A DNA stretch of 64,000 nucleotides from contig OZ024740.1 in assembly GCA_964016885.1 (NCBI GenBank), positions 126,046,001-126,110,000 on the forward strand, in the 5' to 3' direction. Shown here piece by piece: positions 58,482 to 64,000 of this stretch (the first letter of the stretch is position 1; every line of letters begins with the position of its first letter). This DNA is from Eledone cirrhosa. Its lineage: Eukaryota. Under the pieces are notes generated by a model. The model was not told the DNA's origin. It ran no database searches and was given only the letters and a program-made list of their open reading frames with translations. Both the position numbers and the translations under genes were made by a program.

Positions 58482-58591
58482 CCCTGACTCGAGTTTCGAC
58501 TGCACCGATGCAGCAGTAAGGTACACTGCACCGTCCGTCTGCATATATTATTCAACAATGCACAATCGGCTTATGCGGCTTCATCAGCGGG
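58482..58591 (-). ncRNA. Hammerhead-like motif with very long stem II
   Basis: Minus: ACCCG-CTGATGA-[83 nt]-GAAA-CTCGAG-TC-AGGG. Confidence 0.55.
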
Positions 58592-58919
58592 TATCGCCTA
58601 ATCAATAACCAATCGACCGACAGAATCCAAACACCAGCCCATTCCGGTCATGACTGTTTGTGACAACCGACACGGTAAAGCGATTAGTAACTGGCAACCG
58701 ATACGACACTATCTCTCGACTAGCCACCGATTTACAAACTGTACGTGGTGGCGGGAGACTAGAAAACCAATCTTTTCGTTCTCGTCGAAATCATTCAGCC
58801 AACGTGTCTCACACACAAATAATTAAGAGGTGAAAAGATGGCTATTAGAAATAGCAGTCCCCGTGGATGTATAATAGAATCTAGTATACGGCTCATGTCT
58901 CCAAGTCCCATTTATATAT

Positions 58920-59405
<486 letters not shown>

Positions 59406-59437
59406 ATCTTCTATACACAATCATACACACCCGTGTA

Positions 59438-59438
<1 letters not shown>

Positions 59439-59513
<75 letters not shown>
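59439..59513. repeat. (CTAT)n microsatellite
   Basis: Direct. Confidence 0.95.
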
Positions 59514-59740
59514 CTAGCTGTCGTCTGTTCTACAGTGTGGATGTCATTCACTTCGCACAGAAGTTTTGTTCAAATTTATTGAGGAAATTTTGTGAGTTCA
59601 AACTTAATTTTGATACAATTGTGTAGCTTGACCCTCCGTCTGAACTGTCAGGCGGTGGGTCAGCTCATTTTTACCCCTCCTAGAGGTGAAAAACCTGTTT
59701 TAAAAAATTTTGTGTAAAAAATTTCAATCGTCTAACAGAA

Positions 59741-61642
59741 ATGTTAAACGCAGTGAACGAAAATAGTGGTGGGGGGACAGCGGTAAGAGTTGTAAGCTCG
59801 CACGCTTTAGTCCTCCCTTCCTTCCCAACTAACGTCATAGAGAAGGAAGGAAAAATTAAAATAAAAACAGACGAATCTGCGGAGAAAAAATTAAATGACG
59901 AAAACACAAATCTGGACTTGGATTCCAACAACGAAAAAAAAAAATTTGAAAAATTGCATGACAATACTAATAACACAAACAAAGACACAACAAACACAAA
60001 AATAACAGTTGAAAATAACACCATATCAGAAAACAAAGCAGACGACAAGATTTCATTTGCACAGAAAACAAAGAAATCTTTGACTTATATAGCGGAAAAC
60101 ATTTCAGATGTGGTACGAAGGATCACGGACGCCAAACAATACATAAGTGAAGGAGAGAATGGTATTTTATCGGTAAAAATGCCTCAAGAATTCACGAAAG
60201 ACATTGAAAGCCGAACGGTCAAGTTTCGGACCATCAACAACAGTACAAAAAAACCTGAACAGCCTTCTCAAGCAGATATCAAAACAGTACTCACAGAAGT
60301 ACTCAATGAAACCACTTTCATAAGAAAAGACAGACTGTATGGAAGCCTAGCAATTATCATGAAGAACGAATCGGCGGCAAAAAAATGTGCTTTGTCACCG
60401 ATTCGTTCGAAAAATTTCACCTTTTATCCATCTTATATGGGGAAAAGAACTCAACGCATATGGCTGGATGCAATGATGCCAAATGTGGACTACTGCTGGC
60501 TCATAGCTGGCTTCATCGATCCAGTGAATGACAACGTGATTTCCATTGGGAAAACCACAGGCAATGCGTTCAGTGGAACATGTATAGAGCTGGTAGTACA
60601 AATGAAGCCTGAACGCATCGCCCAAATACCCGACAGAATCCTATTAGAGGACCACGGGTATATAAACATTAGCGTGGAGGGGAGAAGGCCGTCCTGCCAT
60701 ATCTGTGCAGGCAGAGGGCACCTGAAGGCCGCTTGTCCCCAACTCAACAAAAAGAAAACCCTGCTACCAACACCAGCTCCACCACCACCACCACAACAGA
60801 TAAACAAACAACAAAACTCAGTCCCACCCAACCCGTCCCTCAGTAAAACCACAACACCACCACAACACAAACAGTCACAACACATTACCCCAAAACAAAA
60901 TACAGGCCCACCCAACCTCTCACTCAATAAAACAACACAACCACCGCAGACACAACACACAACACAGTCTAACATAGTGACATCCATCTCCCCCACAAAG
61001 AAAACCAACACGGAAACATTACCAGCAAACATACCTCTTCCCTCCAACACTGAAGATAACCCAACGAATTCGGAGGAAGAAACGGAGTCCTTCAGACAGA
61101 TTAAAAGGAAAAAAAGAAAACATGTGCAAAACACACAAGGACAAACAACCCCCACCCAAATCTCAACACAATCCAACAAAACAGAAAACACCCCTCCAGC
61201 AACAAACAAAACCAAACCTGCCCCTCCCCTCTTCGAAACACTCACACCATCGGAAAAAAAGACATTACACTATACTTACATCAACAGAAACAATAATAAA
61301 TTAAATGAACTCATATACAATAATCCTTCGGTACAAACCGAAGGTGTAAACTTTGTTTCGTCAGAAAACCACCCACATTTAAAACTAATAAAGATCCCAA
61401 TGAACCTCTACCAAAAACTAAAAAAGGATTTTAAGGAGGACGTAGGACCACCCTCTGTCAAACCCATAAACCGCGTCCTACTAAAAAGCTTTCCCCCTCC
61501 CCTTCCCCTCCCCAACACAACTCCAAACACCCCAACCCCACCACACACCGACGACCCCACACCACCACAAGACACCCCTTCACCCAACACCCCCGACCCC
61601 ATGGAAGTCGTGCAACCCGAACCCCGAGAAGCGGAAAGGTAG
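59741..61642 (+). CDS. LINE ORF1 protein (633 aa; CCHC zinc knuckle; Pro/Thr/Gln-rich C-terminus)
   Basis: Open 633-codon ORF with CHICAGRGHLKAAC, directly upstream of ORF2. Confidence 0.85.
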   Translation: MLNAVNENSGGGTAVRVVSSHALVLPSFPTNVIEKEGKIKIKTDESAEKKLNDENTNLDLDSNNEKKKFEKLHDNTNNTNKDTTNTKITVENNTISENKADDKISFAQKTKKSLTYIAENISDVVRRITDAKQYISEGENGILSVKMPQEFTKDIESRTVKFRTINNSTKKPEQPSQADIKTVLTEVLNETTFIRKDRLYGSLAIIMKNESAAKKCALSPIRSKNFTFYPSYMGKRTQRIWLDAMMPNVDYCWLIAGFIDPVNDNVISIGKTTGNAFSGTCIELVVQMKPERIAQIPDRILLEDHGYINISVEGRRPSCHICAGRGHLKAACPQLNKKKTLLPTPAPPPPPQQINKQQNSVPPNPSLSKTTTPPQHKQSQHITPKQNTGPPNLSLNKTTQPPQTQHTTQSNIVTSISPTKKTNTETLPANIPLPSNTEDNPTNSEEETESFRQIKRKKRKHVQNTQGQTTPTQISTQSNKTENTPPATNKTKPAPPLFETLTPSEKKTLHYTYINRNNNKLNELIYNNPSVQTEGVNFVSSENHPHLKLIKIPMNLYQKLKKDFKEDVGPPSVKPINRVLLKSFPPPLPLPNTTPNTPTPPHTDDPTPPQDTPSPNTPDPMEVVQPEPREAER

Positions 61643-61675
61643 GTCTCTACACTCTCCTTTGGCTCTGCCGCCCAC

Positions 61676-64000
61676 ATGGATGTGTTAAGAGTAGGATATT
61701 TGAATGCACGTGGCCTGGGCTCAACTTGGAAGCAAGCAAAGCTTCTAAATGACCTCAGGTCATGTAGTATAAATGTAATGGTTATCTGTGAGACTCGAAT
61801 CAGCGTCGTGCGGCAGCTGGCCCCCACCTTCGATGACTTTGAGGTGCATGCATCTCTCTGTCAACCTGGAGGTGGGGGTGGGGTTGTCGTACTGCTGCAA
61901 AAACACCTGGGTCTTGCCGTACAGGTTGTGCACTCGGACCCGGAGGGTCGTTTGTTGGTGCTAGACGTTGGCAGTAGTGAAAGTGCGGCCTTGAGACTGG
62001 TCGCCGTCTACTCCCCTTTCGGAGCTGAACGGCCCGACTTCTTCCAGCGTTTGGAGACTTTTCTGGGAACGTCGCGTTCCCTGCTTCTAGCGGGGGATTG
62101 GAATGACATCCTGGATGCACGTTGGGACTATGCAGGAGCATGTCCTAATAGAGGGGGTGTAACAGCCTCAAGGGGTTACTCGACCGTTTTAACTTGGTCG
62201 ATAGATATCGACTAGATTTTCCAACTGTGCCTACCTGGACTTGGAGAAACCACAGTGGTCAATCTAGATCGTACTTAGATAGATTCTTAGTTAGAAGTAA
62301 GGATAGGGACATATTAAGCTGTCCAGAAATGCGCACGGTTGGCTACACGGATCACAAATTAGTGACCTGCGTGGTCAATCTCGAGAAAACACATAGACAG
62401 GGTCCCGGTTACTGGAAACTTAATTTGTCTTTACCGGCAAAAGAGACTTACAGAAACCGGATTAGCAGATTAGTTAAGGAGAGGTTGACGGGTGCAATCG
62501 TCAACAACCGATGGTGGGCATCTCTCAAAAGAGAGATTAGAACAGAATCAATAAGTTATAGCAAGATGTTAGCTGCCGATAGGAATAGAAACGAGAAAGA
62601 ATTAACAGGTAAATTAGAAGAGGCAATCAAGAGCGAAGATGTGGCCAGAGTGCTGGCATCGAGGACGGCCTTGAACCAGTTTTTCGATGCAAAGCACGAA
62701 GGCTGCGTCATTCGAAGTAAAATACGTGCTCTAGGTAATGAGGGGGCCAAAGCCGTTGGATGGGCCCGCGTGACAGAAGCTAAGAGTGGAAATCGATCCA
62801 CCATCCGGTCGTTGCAAGACGAAGATGGACGAGTGATCCGGGAGCCTAAGCAGATGTGCGAGGCCTTTCAAAAGCACTTTGCCCGATTGTTCGGGGGAGG
62901 CGAGGGTCCGGGCCGGGGCGTGGATTTCGGTCCATACCTCGACGGCCTGCCGCGTCTCTCGAACGAAGAGGCAGAGTCCTGCGAGGGACCAATCTCGGCT
63001 GATGAGATCGGAGATGCGCTGAGCCAATGCAGCAGACGCAAATCTCCAGGTCTCGATGGTATACATTACGAACTTTATTTAGCAATGCCGGTCTTCTTCT
63101 CCGAACTCCTCGAAGCGGTCTACTGCAATTGGCAGCAGAACGGGAGAATTCCTTGTTCTGTAGCCAAGGGCGTAGTCACGCTGGTGAGGAAGGACGAGAA
63201 CAAGGGGGATAGTATAAATAATTTTCGGCCCATAACCCTGCTAAACACAGAGTTAAAGATTTTGGCCAAGGTGTTAGCAAAGAGGTTGGCGCTTGTCGTG
63301 GGTGGCCTGGTGGGAGATGCGCAGACATGTGCTATCCCATCCAGGTCCATTCGCAATAAATTCCACCTCATGCGATACATCATAGAGAGGGTTGGCAACA
63401 AACCCGGCTTCGGTGGGGCCCTGATCAACTTGGATCAGTCTAAGGCCTTCGATAGGGTCGACCATGGTTACCTGGATGCGGTGCTAGCGGCGGCTGGGTT
63501 CGGTCCTGTTTTCAGAGGCTGGATCACTGCCCTACATAGCAACCACATCTGTTCTAGGATCAAGGTGAACAGCTACCTTTCGAAGCCGTTCGAAATCACA
63601 CGATCCATTCGACAGGGGTGCCCTCTCTCCTCCCTTCTGTACGTATTGACTCTCGAGCATTTACTGAGGAAGTTGGAGTTGTTGCAGGGTATCCCCCTGG
63701 AACCAGGATTGAGCAAAGCGGTGTCGGCCTACGCCGATGACGTAACAGTAATGGTATCAACCGACTCGGAGATCGAGGCGATCGGTACCTTACTGGAGGA
63801 GTACGAAAGGTTGTCAGGAGCGAAACTGAACCGGGAAAAATCCATCGGGCCGCAACTCGGAACGTGGAGAGGCAAACCGATGCCTCCTGACGGTGTCGTC
63901 GGTAAAGTTGCTTGGGGTCTGGTTTGGACCGGACCTCCAGGTGGAAAAGAACTGGAACGAGGTTACGAACAAGGTGTTTGCACTAACCCAGAAATGGGCC
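61676..64000 (+). pseudogene. LINE ORF2 (APE endonuclease + reverse transcriptase), frameshifted
   Basis: LNARGL, CET, GDWN, then after a frameshift near 62155: LDRF, TDH, SPGLDG, FRPITLLNTELKILAK, DQSKAFDRVDH, RQGCPLS, YADD. A second shift near 63902 leads to KLLGVWFG. Confidence 0.9.

Larger units (their letters stand above)
59514..64000 (+). mobile_element. Tx1/L1-clade LINE, 5' part, running off the window
   Basis: 5' UTR, ORF1 with CCHC knuckle, and ORF2 with APE endonuclease and RT. Confidence 0.92.

Noticed and set aside
60395-63465. Minus-strand and alternative-frame ORFs over the Tx1 element, and plus-strand ORFs over the CRE element
   Set aside because: Shadows of GC-rich retrotransposon coding sequence.

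Overview
This is an AT-rich, microsatellite-dense animal genomic window. The tRNA-head SINEs and repeat mix suggest an octopus or other cephalopod, which is an inference. I recognise no host gene. The contents are: a 3.5-kb 18/19-bp minisatellite; a degenerate CRE-type RLE retrotransposon with an N-terminal PHD finger; a Tx1/L1-type LINE with intact ORF1 and frameshifted ORF2; CR1-, HERO-, RTE- and R4/Dong-like fragments; SINEs; a non-autonomous Helitron; and two 5'-truncated Penelope-like elements (Neptune-type and Naiad-type). The most striking signal is non-coding: over 20 minimal type I hammerhead ribozyme (HHR) motifs, intact or degenerate, mostly next to (TA)n tracts. Many lie in sequence-unrelated, ORF-less fold-back palindromes with their 3' ends pointing outward (arms up to about 350 bp). 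One lies in a retrozyme-like direct-repeat unit with HHRs 688 nt apart. All structures were read by eye; no folding program or database search was run. Most short ORFs in the supplied track are microsatellite artefacts.
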